DNA of 33,256 nucleotides, from contig JAUCBJ010001985.1 of assembly GCA_032718475.1 (NCBI GenBank), forward strand, positions 1 through 33,256, in the 5' to 3' direction. Within the stretch, counting starts at the first letter, position 1. Every line of letters begins with the position of its first letter. The notes under the pieces were generated by a model. The model saw nothing but the letters and a program-made list of their open reading frames with translations, did no database searches and was not told where the DNA came from. Position numbers and translations under genes: made by a program. Shown here piece after piece: positions 21,990 through 33,256 of this stretch. Source of the stretch: Nemertoderma westbladi (Eukaryota > Animalia > Xenacoelomorpha).

Positions 21990-22546
21990 GGGTCCGTGCA
22001 CAAATTATGTCACGCTTTTTTGAAGATTTTCGACACCCCCTCCCTTCCCCCATCTGTAACAATCTGTCACAAATTTTGTAACCTGCTCCTTTCCCCAAAT
22101 TGATAATTAACATTGAGACGGGATATTAATCCGCCAAGATGGGATTTGCGTCCGCAGTCCCCCCCCCCCCCCCCCCCCCCCTGTCTAGAATGACGACATC
22201 TGAGTTTCGACATCGATCACCTGAAGTGCACCAGGTATACGACCGACTATTGTTCCACTTCCGGGTCTAACTCTACCTCGTCCTTATCTACCCAACCCAG
22301 TCAATGTGGTGTTAGCTTCATCTTTATCGCCACTTAGAATTAACACTTCATCACCTCAATTCGCGATTACTGGAATAGATTTTACTTTGGCTGTTGATGT
22401 ATTTTATTTGTTGACCAAAGTTATATTGTGACGTCACAAGCATATATAGCTATTCCCCACCTCCCCATGTCACAAATTGTCACAAAATTGCACCCCCCCC
22501 CCCCCCCCCCCCCCCTTCGACCGTGACATCATTTGTGCACGGCCTC
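21990..22546. mobile_element. PIF/Harbinger-type MITE
   Basis: 25-bp TIR GGGTCCGTGCACAAATTATGTCACG / CGTGACATCATTTGTGCACGGCCTC; TTA TSD on both sides. Confidence 0.88.
22077..22186 (+). mobile_element. Right-end fragment of the 5028-5279 MITE family, nested in the Harbinger MITE
   Basis: TGTAACCTGCTCCTTTCCC...CGGGATATTAAT...TTTGCGTCC...C(n)TGTCT aligns with 5185-5279. Confidence 0.8.
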
Positions 22547-23299
22547 TTATTTATTTTTATATGGAAAGAAATTATTATTACATTCGCTTTTTGCTATTAT
22601 CGGTTTTGTAGACCTTTCCTATAAACTACAGTAATTGTGCTTCCATATGGTGCTTCATATTATGAGGTTATGAGGATTGAATATTGGCCGATGAAGCACC
22701 CTTTGTTTACGCACAATGCTCACAATCCGGATTTTCATCCATGATTGGTCGATAATGGTTACCAAGAAAATAGCAGTGAATGAGTTTCATGTGGAAGATC
22801 ACAAATGATGGAGATCTGACATTTCCTGACTGGGATTGCTCCGTTCATTATAAATATTACACATTTGTTCATCAATATTGATATATTGTTCATCTTCATT
22901 TAACATAGCAATGTTTCAGAACAAAAACGTTTGTGACTATATTATTATGTATGTGTGACGAGCCACATTCTAGGTAAAGCATTTGCAAACTGGCAGGCAG
23001 TGTTATTAGAGGTTGGTTTATAATTGGTTGTTGTCGTTACATCTTTGGAATTTTGGGTTAAGGAGTGGTTTCATTGCGTCTCATGTAAAAGGTATACCTG
23101 GAAATACTACACCTCATAATAGCTTGTATATCAGCATTTTTTTTTCTCTAGCGGTAGGACTGTATATTGAATTAAGCTTAACAGGGTCACATTATGACAA
23201 TTGACAATAACAATAACAATTCGGACAGATAAGGCCCTATATCCAGCTTAGTTATTATATCAGATTAGAGTTGCTAGGAGTGACAGTTGTAAATATATG

Positions 23300-24342
23300 G
23301 TAAACAATAAACTTTATAAAATAAAAATATACTAGACCGACGGGCGCGCTGACTCACAACCAAGCCACAAAATAGAAGGCACATCAATAAACATAAAAAA
23401 TAAAAATAATATAATGTAGCAACATACAGTGAAATTTAATTTACATTACCAAATGAATCTATTTAATTAGCTAACAAAGACAGTTGAAGGGAAAAGGTAT
23501 ATATGCAAGCAAGTAAGTAAATATTTTGGGCTAATGGTTTTGTTTTATTGTGAAAGTAGCCGAAAACGCTGAGTAGAGACAATAAAGGTGTTTAGAAGGG
23601 AGAAATATTTGTTGTAATCGGTCGCAGATATACCTTGTCCCTCTAAAACAGAGTTTAATGACAGTGAAGCCCCCAGGGCTTCCAACCCAACCTTCAGTGT
23701 ACGGCGGGCACCAGAGTAACTCGGACAAGTTATAAAAAAGTGAAAGGCGTTTTCTGTGGCAGCACCGCATGAGGTGCACTCAGGTGAGTCCTGAAGGTGC
23801 CTGGATACCATGTCTGCAGATAATTCACTACACCGCAGTCGCAACTGGCAGACAATGATTTGAAATTTGCGGGTTCCAACACAGTAAAATGGTTTGATAA
23901 CATTATTTGAAATGAGTCGGGATTTAAACGTCGGGAGAGGGAGTGAACGTGTTGAAAAAGGGAGATCGTTCCATTTTTTTATAGTGTTTGGAAAGAAAGA
24001 TTTGCCATAAAGGTCTTTACGGTACGATATTTGGGAAATGTTGGCGCTGTTTCTGAGAGGGTAACTATGTGATGGGTTTTGCCCCACTGTAATTGGGATT
24101 CTGGAAAATAAGTACTCCGGAGTTAACTTGTTAATAATTTTATAAAAAGTTATTAAGCAGATGGCTGAGCGCCTGGAAGAGAGACTCTGTATGTTGCATT
24201 CGGTATATAACTTGCTATGTGAAGTGCGAGATGGAGCACCAGTGGCAATTCTTAGAATTTCAAGTTCAAAATTGTCAAGTAGTTCAGACATTTCTTGAGA
24301 TATGTTGTTCCAGACCGCACAGCCGTATTCCAGTTTAGGACG
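23300..24342 (-). mobile_element. 5'-truncated CR1-type LINE (ORF2 C-terminus plus 3' UTR)
   Basis: Open frame RPKLEYGCAVWNN...FYKIINKLTPEYL...SFFPNTIKKWNDLP...CTSCGAATENAFHFFITC (ORF 23545-24291 extended upstream). The 3' boundary is approximate. Confidence 0.88.
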
Positions 24343-24765
24343 TTACGTCCTCATGGCTTTCAAACTGTCAATACCAACCCGGTACCGGTACGAGTATAGG
24401 CCTTAGCGTCGTCATCTGTATATTATCGCACTACAATCAGTTAGAAACACCAAGATAATAAAATGTAGAGAAATACAGACTTTTATTGTCATAAATTATA
24501 GTAAGTCATAATAAGTCATAAGTCATAATTGTATAAGTTATTTAAACAGGACGTAGGATGATCCAACTCTATAGAAAATGAAGCGGAAAAAATGGATTAC
24601 TTATAAATTATTGTAATAAATATTTCCATTCTCTAATAAAATCACATACCGGTACTCTAAGTCGTTATCTATCCCTTTACGAAGTGTTAGATATTGAGTC
24701 TTGAAGTTAAGTAGTTATATAATATTAATTGCATTAATTTAGTATCACCTTGCAGCAATTAATAC

Positions 24766-24803
24766 CAAGGTGTACTAAATAACTAGTTATTTAGTACACC
24801 TTG
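24766..24803. repeat. Perfect 38-bp palindrome with P-like CAAGG ends
   Basis: CAAGGTGTACTAAATAACT|AGTTATTTAGTACACCTTG. Confidence 0.9.
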
Positions 24804-26499
24804 AGCAATACATACTACTCCAGCTGAATCTATATTTACTTCTACTTCCCTGTCCCTCCTGTTTCACTCTAACATACTTGTGGCCGGTAGGTCCGCTGTT
24901 AGAGATAGGATATGCAACTTAAGACTGTCTGTCCAATAGATGTAGATTAGATGTGAGCGATGGCAAGTGGCTGAACTGGTTAGCGCTACTGGATGAGGCT
25001 TAATAGGTCGCCATTTTTTGCACTTCTGAATAAAATTCCCAATTGTTTTTGTTTATTACAATTATTGCATTATTATCAGCTTAACGATAATTTATTTATT
25101 TTAATTATTATACTTTATTCGTGAAGTTATTTAATAACAACGACAAACGGTTGATAAATGTTAGCTCCCTATAATAGCCTATACTTCACTTAGTATCTTT
25201 TCCGCACGGCGTTAGTTGAATTTTCAAAATCGGTGTTTTATTTTTCGCATGAAATATTGGTGAATGTTTGTTTAGTTTTAGTTTAGTTCTGGTTAATTTG
25301 AGTTTATATAATCAATGTACAATAAACTTTCATAGCTTAGATTCATTCTTGTAAATATTGAGAAGGGGAGCGGGGGGGGGGGGGGGGGGTAGTTTACTGT
25401 TTCTTTATTGCATCTTTTTTCTCTACGGTCTGCTGTCTGTAGGTAGATTGCAGAATAGACCTTTCTTTAGACTGCGAGGTTGATAGGATGCTAGACTACG
25501 GTAACTGCGATAAATATTTAAAGTTTTCCGATATTCCAATGAATAAAATCACATTTTTCATTAAATTTTTAATTCAAGTTTCCAATATACTTCAGACCAC
25601 TCATCATGGTGCTATCCAGCACACAGAATTCGTCTCTATTTTAAAACAGTTCTTATACTGTTGTTATTGCGAAACCCCTTAAGGAAGACTTAAGAAACCA
25701 ATTTTTCTAACACGTGTCCAAGTGATAACAAAAACTTGCGCACATGATAACTAACATGCGCGCGCGTACGGCGTTCGCCCGTGATAGCCAATACGTGCGC
25801 GTCCGCACGTCTAGCCCCGTAGTAGTGTTAACGTGATTAATAAACTTTTATTTACAGTGAGCTATACCCCCCCTTCAATTAAACTGCACATTGATTCTAG
25901 TCTGCTTAACTGTGCCTGGGTCTACTATGCTATGCAGTACTACAGTATACTTTGTCAATTAAGCTCTTTCAAGGTATTTTTTTTAAATCCCCCACGCAAA
26001 TATTCCCCTTAGCAACCCCATAGTTAACACGTGCGCATGCGCACAAGTTAGAAATATTTTTAATTCATAATTCATATATCCATTTAGGCAGGGGCTCCGC
26101 TCCGTATATATACTAGATATCGGTATAGCTAATAAGGTGGTGGATATCCGGTATGTTTCAGCTTCATACCCATTATATTATTTTGACTCTTTTTGGGTTA
26201 ATTACGAATTAGGAACAAGTTATTGGCCATTTTATATATTATTGTTGGGTGTGTATTTAATTTATATTTGTCAACTGCCGACCAGTGAACATGGGGATTT
26301 ATGCGACAAATTGTGAGGAAATATGGAATATCAAGAAACCGATTTAGTGTGAAAGCGTGAAATGTATCTTTGTTACAGCGAATAGTGTTTTAATACAATA
26401 CTTTTCCATAGCAGAAAGGATTTCATGTTTTAAGCCGAACAAAGTTTTGGGTGTAGAAAAATTTAGAAGTTCATAAATTATATTTCTCAAATTTTGCAG

Positions 26500-26663
26500 G
26501 CGTTGCGCGATCGTTTTTCGTCGAGGGCACCAGATATGACGTTGGGAAACAGCCGAGCTGTGGTTGAGTTCTCCGCCCCGAGTTACAGTATCAAAGAAAA
26601 CGAGGGAAAGATAATTATAGGAGTGAGACGCTACGGTAAAACAAGCAACAAGGTTTCCATTAG
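26500..26663 (+). CDS. NCX: NCX-like coding exon 4: start of Calx-beta 1
   Basis: Acceptor TTTTGCAG|, donor AG|GTCAGT; 164 nt, phase 0 to 2; AVVEFSAPSYSIKENEGKIIIGVRRYG. Confidence 0.9.
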
Positions 26664-27082
26664 GTCAGTGGCAACGATTCGTTAGATTAGTTAGAACGTG
26701 TCATTGGGTTGGTTTGTACGAACCAAGTAGTTAGTGTCAACGGGCCTTTTATGTTAGTTAGAACGTGCCTAGCCATTAGATAATTGACGAACGGGGTATC
26801 CGTTAGTTGTTAGAATAATACCACTGATTACTTTATATTTGTAAAATATCCTTAAACGTCACGGTATTATTAAATGGCGAGTTATATCATTACGATACGA
26901 CTGAATCAAACTAACTCCTGTATAACAATCGCCAGGTCATTCGGCGAGGTTATTGGAACGTGCTTAACGAACAGACTTAATCTTTACTATAGTTAATCTA
27001 GTGGAATGTTAAGTTTGTATGGATAGCGCTGGTTTTAATATCAAACTCGATAGGTCGTCGTATCTTTAGTAAATAACATTAT

Positions 27083-27972
27083 GGGGCCATCCATAAATGA
27101 CGTCACGTTTTTTATAGACATTTTTGACCCTCCCCCCCTTTCGTCACAAATCGTCACGAAATGGCTACCCCCCCCCCTCCCCTATGTCACGTCACACTAT
27201 ATAAAATTAAATGATTACTCTTATATTATTAGAACAATAATTCTGGAATAAATTTGTCAACTATAAACTATAGATATAAACTAATATTACAAATTACAGT
27301 ATACGAGTTTTTCACACATGTTCCCATGGGCACTGCAGGTGGTCTGTCATGCTTATTATAATGGCCATTGGTGGGACATCAGCTACTGGGTATGTGTTCG
27401 CATCATGATGGTCAGCCCATGGCATTCTTGAGACGCATTTTAAAGGACCCTGGATTTGAAGATGCGGATAATCTAGCAAATGTTGTGGCGGCGCAATTTT
27501 GTCGACAAGCCGGCACAGCATTCTTAAAAATGCAGCTGCAATGCAGCATGCCGATCCTAGTAGTAGTCGCAGGGGATTGATAATCAAACCGGGTTTTGGA
27601 ACTACCGCTACCATGAAGGGATGTAAGATTTTTAGTAAAAATTTCGATGCAAAAAGGTGACATTCTTCACAAACACACTCTCTAATTTTACCAATTATGG
27701 AAGGGCAGTAGAGGTCGTAATGTATGATTTTAATGGTTATCATTGGAAGAGGTACCGGTAATAGTTTAATAGTAAACACGTTAATAATATACACGTTTAA
27801 TAGTATACAAGTATACACATTATGTATTTAATACAGTAATTTTATGGAAACTTATAATGTGACGTCACGATATTGCGGACACCCCCCCCCCTCCCCCTCG
27901 ACACAAATTGTCCCGAAATACCAAACCCCCTCCCCCCCTCTGTCCAGCGTGACGTCATTTATGGATGGCCCC
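27083..27972. mobile_element. PIF/Harbinger-type MITE
   Basis: Perfect 25-bp TIR GGGGCCATCCATAAATGACGTCACG; 3-bp TSD TAT. Confidence 0.92.
27403..27566 (+). mobile_element. RTE-type LINE 3' end fragment nested in the Harbinger MITE
   Basis: Near-identical to the reverse complement of about 9950-10128; (TAG)3 tail; possible TSD TCGCA. Confidence 0.8.
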
Positions 27973-28189
27973 TATTTGGTAAAAAAAAACTTTCATCATT
28001 TAATAATTTATTTCTAACTTGAGAAGACTTTTTATTTTATCCGCGTCGTCGATGTGTGAGTTTAATTACACTATAAAACCGTCAGGTTGGTCAGAGAAAA
28101 TTGTATTTTTTCTTGTAAATTGTATTTGTGTCTTCTAATTGCCTTTCTCCTCCCCTTATTTTCTCGCAATGCTATTATAGTTGGGATGG

Positions 28190-31100
28190 TTTTCTTTTTT
28201 TAATCAGCCTGCTGCATTGAAACTGCACATTGAGATACTATGCCAGCTTAACAAAAGTATTTTGCCACCACCATGCAATAAACAATTGACAAGCCCAATG
28301 AAGCATGAATCAAGAATGCTGTGCCGGCTTATCAACAAAATTGCACCGCCACAACTCCCTATTCCCCATGACTTTCGCGAGATATACGCATCTTCAAGGC
28401 GAATGTCATTTAAAGGCGTCTCAAGAAAGTTATGGGCTGCCCAGTTATGGGCTTACTTTCTCCATGGGGCTATCAAAGCACACGATTGTGCACTGGCTGG
28501 TCCTCACGGTGAAAGCAATGTCCTACAAAACAGAGGGATGCGTCTTTTTTCAAGTGTCAAGCTTGGGGAAACCTAATACAACTAAAATTATATATAGTGT
28601 CTGAATGGAGATGTGTGATGTGTGCATTGTATTTGACACAGTGAACCCGAAGGAACATTCTTGAGAATCTACCATCCAGAGATTTGGTGTCCTCAGCAGT
28701 TAGAGCCCAGCATGGACTCCCATAGAGAAGTACTGGAACGACTGCTGCTCTAAATAATCGGACCTTAAGTTTTCGATGAATTCTGTGTGACTTCCAAATC
28801 CTGGAAAGCCTATTTAATGCTGGGACACCTTTCCTTTACGTATTCGAAGGTCTTCACACATGACTTCCGGATCCATGATCCCAGGTAACATAGGTCGTCC
28901 ACATGCTCAAGCTTACCATCCGTTGAGATTATGCTCATAGGATCAGACAGATCACAGACAGATATACGATCAGACTGAGGACTTTCAAAGTTAACTTTCA
29001 AAATTGTGGTCTTCTTGGAGTAAACAAAATACCAACACTGGAAGCAGCCTGTTCTAATGAGCTGTGGAGCGCTGGGATCCCTATAGTACATCTGAGGGTA
29101 CTCCTAAGTCATCAGCAAAGTTTTGATCTGTAAGGTACTTGTCTATGTACTTTCCTCGACTTCTGGAACCAGTAGGTGGAGTTACCATCACCCCATCATC
29201 ATTATGATAATCTAAGGCCATGCGTAGAACATAGACAACCACATATTTATAAATAAGAATGGTGCAAGTGTGTCACCCTGGAGGATTCCCCATAATACTT
29301 CAAATGGTTCTGTATCACCATCAACAGTAGACACAAATGTCTTCGAACCATCATATACTGATCTGATTGCTGCAATAATTTCATTTATTATTATTTTATT
29401 ATCCTTCTAAGGAACACATTCTGATTTCCACATTCTGCCTTAACCTTGGTGTTTGGTTGGCTTTTCCGCCCAAGTTGTCCCCAATTTGTCACTAAGTTCA
29501 ATCAATCAATTTCCATTCCTGGTTATGATTGCTTTCTCTGCCGTAGTGAGACCCTCTCGACACTTCCGAATTCTGTGGTCTGTCCAGGGTGCCTTTTTCC
29601 TGTTACGAGGGTATACGGGAACTGTTTCTGCAGCTGCTAACTTAACTGCTTCTGTGAAGGCAGTATAGCCCTCACAGTGATCTGTTGCCTCAGATTCAAG
29701 CGCCTCATACTCAGTTTTAGAGTGAATCTGGATCTCATACTGGGCTGTTGCTATAGAGATGACCAATCATGCCGTGGCAATTCAGATTTCTTAATTCTGG
29801 TAGCGCGGAGACTAAGTCTTAACCTTAGCTACAATAATACGGTGATCGCTGGAGAAGGGTCGAAGTTTAAACACACTTACAGTCTTGTACAGAGCTCACT
29901 GTATTTCTTACGATACCGAATACGGTCTATCTATGACTTATGACCACTGGGTGCAGTATGTGTCCACAGCTTTCCAGTTCTTTTCTTGAACTGAGTCCCA
30001 ACCGAGAACAATACATTACCACAGATGAAATCCTGAAGATGGACTGAATTTCGGTTGACACTATCGCTGTAGACCCAGGGCGATGTTCGATGTTGATGAG
30101 CGATAGGGAGACTTCCATTAAATTCACCAAGAAAAGATAAGAATGCGTGCTGATCCACTCCCTCAGTAGCTGCTTGTAGATTATGGTAAAATTGTTCTAC
30201 CTCCTCTACTGGGTCAACACCAGTTGGAGAATAGCATACCCATACAATCAGAACCACCTTAGGAAACTTCTTAGCCAGTCTTCCAGAACATGAGAAGTGG
30301 CAACGGATGATGCGGTTAGAGATTTGGTCTATTTTGTCCAATGCTGCATGTGCAGTTTGATTCATCAATAGATCAATTCCACCGTTGCCACTATCATCTG
30401 CTCGAGGGCGAGTCGCCAACCGCCCCAATGTCCTTAATCAGAACCTCTTCAGTCTGTCCAGTCTGCATTCGGTGCTGTTGAACACCCACTGCTCTAAGCC
30501 CAAGCTTCTCTACCAGGGCGCAGTCAGCTCGCCTTGTCACATTGGTGACCCGAATGTTAGGGTAACTCAAGCTAGTCTAGTGACTTGCAGCAGCTTCACC
30601 AATGGCTTGGTTGGTCGGGGTGGAAACATGAGAGTAGCCTTCAATTCCAGAATCCCTATCACCGTCGCAATCTGGCCTCCGTAGTTACCCAGGGTTTGGG
30701 CCAGTCACCAGCAAAGCGATTCGCATATTTGCTGGACTCTCTCTCTCCTGTGAGGGGTAAGACCGGCTGATGCCTGTGAAGCCAATTGTGTCCGGGAATT
30801 CCACTGACATCTAGTGGCCGGACCTCCGCGTTACTAATGTAATCCATAGTTGCGTTGAGGGTGCTTTTTGCCGAGTCAGGTACCACACCCTGGTTTGCCA
30901 TTCCACAGGGCGGGTGTCGCAGTCGAGTCAGATATGGGGCCCATCACCCATACCTACTACTCTGAAGCACATATCCCACCATTGGCCATGAAGCTCATCT
31001 GCTGGGCCAGTCCATGCCCTGTACCTCGGCAGCCAGGTTCATGTCGCAGGGGAGTGCACTCAAATTGGAGATGAGAGCAATCTGCTTCCGACCAGCCATT

Positions 31101-31393
31101 GATTGATTACCATCTGCCCCGTCAGGCCATATACTCCTACAGCCAAGTATATGGGTCCTTAATCTAGGACCAAAGGTGTCCCTATCACAGAAAGAAAGGC
31201 CTGTTATTTACAGGACCATAGATTTGCCCTCAGTAAGAAGGTCTATGCAGTCACACAGGTGGCATCTCCTTTATGCTGCATGGAGGATGGAGGTGTCAAG
31301 TTTTCTAAATAATGACCCAGAATACCTACCTGTCCCTGACCCAAGTTAGGAGGTATTCTGTCTGGGTTCTCCTGGTTCTATTCTAGATCCAGG
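28190..31393 (-). mobile_element. Degenerate RTE-type non-LTR retrotransposon with 5' UTR, APE and RT remnants
   Basis: APE: VCYSPT...EQFY...LGEFN...LWTHTAPSG (29931-30428). RT: GILQGDTLAPFLF, NFADDL, YLGSWI, LLYGSPCW. Poly-T at 28190-28202; flanked by a diverged ~45-bp direct repeat; many stops and deletions. Confidence 0.88.
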
Positions 31394-31544
31394 TTTTCCC
31401 CCCTTATTGTCTCGGAATTCTGTTATAGTTGGGATGGAGTCGATATCAGGGTAGGGTAGGTATACTGTAAAATATTAGTCACTTATAATAAGTTCAATAA
31501 CGTCCCGTCGCCATTTTGCATTGTGTATTTATTTTCACACTAAT

Positions 31545-31600
31545 TGGGTTAAAAAACGTCATTTACTTATTATAATAAGTAAATGACGTTTTTTAACCCA
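31545..31600. repeat. Perfect 56-bp palindrome ending 30 bp upstream of NCX coding exon 5
   Basis: TGGGTTAAAAAACGTCATTTACTTATTA|TAATAAGTAAATGACGTTTTTTAACCCA. Confidence 0.92.
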
Positions 31601-31630
31601 TGAACACGTCTGGTTGATTGCTTTATATAG

Positions 31631-31863
31631 GTACAGCACGGAAGATGCCACTGCTGTGGCCCATGAGGACTATATACCTGTAGACGACGTCCTGGTGTTC
31701 GAGCCGGGTGTTACGAAGCTCGAGATCGCCATTGATATCGTTGATGACGACGTCTGGGAACCCGACGAGATATTCAACGTGAGGTTGATATCCATTGGGG
31801 TCGATGGTGATTGTGTTATCGGTCGCCTACCCAACTGTACGATTACGATAATTAATGATGATG
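31631..31863 (+). CDS. NCX: NCX-like coding exon 5: rest of Calx-beta 1; gene continues beyond the window
   Basis: Acceptor TATAG|, donor G|GTACGT; 233 nt, phase 2 to 1; YSTEDATAVAHEDY...FEPG...IDIVDDDVWEPDEIFNVRL...ITIINDD. Confidence 0.93.
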
Positions 31864-33256
31864 GTACGTGGTTTCCGCTTATTCTTTATTTATTACAGTT
31901 CAGTTTCATTACATTATTTCGCTTAACTTTCACAATCTGTATACACATGGGTCTCGGCGATTCGCGCCCATGTGCAGTATTCCAGGTTTTCACTTTTCTG
32001 TCAAAATTTGAATTAAATTTTATATAACATGAAGAAATGTTTTATAGCGCTTATTCTATCTTATAACATGTACAGATACTAATTAATTTATTGTTTTGGT
32101 TAGAACCAAAACGAACCACAACGTTTATTGTTTTTGTGTTAGGTTACCTGGGTTTTTAGAGAAAACCTAAGTAATCTTCACATGGGGTAAACTGAAAAGT
32201 TAAATATAACAGCATGTATCCTGTACGTACAGGCCTGCACAGGTCTGTTATACTATAATTCATAAGATAATTCCTCGAACCTGCCACATTCTCATTAGAC
32301 CATAAACCAAATCGCATTAAACAATACTAATTTGCTTCATAAAACCAAATTTATGCTTAATTTTCTCAAAGTTAGTGTATATGGTCGTCACGTCATTGTA
32401 TGCATGGGCATTATGAATATAACTTTCGGGGTTTCATTAGTAACAGGTTTAGCGCTTTAATATTTAACTGCGATTCATATATGTAAACGTATGTAACTCT
32501 CCGTTTTGTCTGGCCACAAAATCGGTTTATGGCCATAATTTTATTGGTTTATTTGTTTGTTCAGATTATTACTTTAAATTGTTGGTCTACTACGTCCCAG
32601 GTCAGTAGCGGCTTCCGGAAGCCAACTACGTGAGAGAGATTAGTCAGAATGATTGTTGGTTTTATATTCCGTGAAATAAACAACTTTATACAATAATTGA
32701 TTGTCTCGACTGACACTCTATGATTAATTGACGCGAGTGTTGGTAGGTAGATGATGCTGGACCTTAGTACCAATATTAAATATTAAATCCTGCAATAACC
32801 ATAAGGAGCCATCTGCTGTCGTATGAGATCCATCTGAAACAAGGACAGTTCTACTTACTATACAATCCCAGTTTCGCTATTGAATAACCACACCCACCCC
32901 GATCAGTGACCAGCCTACACACAGGCCATGCATTACTTTCGTTGGACTTTGTAAGATTATTAATATTGTTATTCATGTGTGCCAAATGAGTATAGTTCAG
33001 AGTACAGAGAGGATGTACGATAATGTAATTTGTTCCAAACTTGGATTTCAAAGGGTGCTACCATCGTACGTGTTGAGTGGTGGGAATATTATTTGTTGTG
33101 CGTCTTGTTCCCTTGACCGCAGCCCTTACTTAGCTATCGCATTGACTTTAGCCAACAAAGGAATGTACAAATACGAAGTTTATTGATATAGGAATAATGA
33201 TACCGCGAACTACTACTGAGTTAATGTTACAATCTGTCGCCGTAATATATCACAAG

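Noticed and set aside
24966-24990. tRNA-like A box (GTGGCTGAACTGGTTAGCGC)
   Set aside because: No B box or cloverleaf follows.
31864-32027. Hydrophobic read-through tail of ORF 31614-32027 as a TM segment
   Set aside because: It lies after a good donor site at the end of Calx-beta 1 and reads as T-rich intron sequence.

Overview
Eukaryotic genomic DNA, probably from an invertebrate animal: AT-rich, with GT-AG introns and dense transposable elements. The one clear host gene is the 5' half of a Na+/Ca2+ exchanger (NCX/SLC8-like) on the + strand. Five phase-compatible coding exons (18539-31863) cover the first TM bundle with the alpha-1 GSSAPE motif and the first Calx-beta domain; the gene continues past the window. 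The rest is nested mobile DNA. At the left edge is an intronless 439-codon minus-strand ORF that the ORF track misses, with a long leader holding a duplicated, conserved, structured 155-bp core. Next come a tRNA-Gly-derived SINE head split by an 8-bp-TSD MITE, a ~3.1-kb long-TIR transposon with a decayed transposase, and an internally deleted THAP/P-element with intact TSDs and three nested MITEs. The introns hold Harbinger MITEs, a CR1-type fragment and copies of an RTE-type LINE. The most unexpected signals are a 51-bp bipartite module shared by unrelated MITE families and the conserved duplicated leader element. No prokaryotic system or CRISPR array is present. All calls were made by eye, without database searches.
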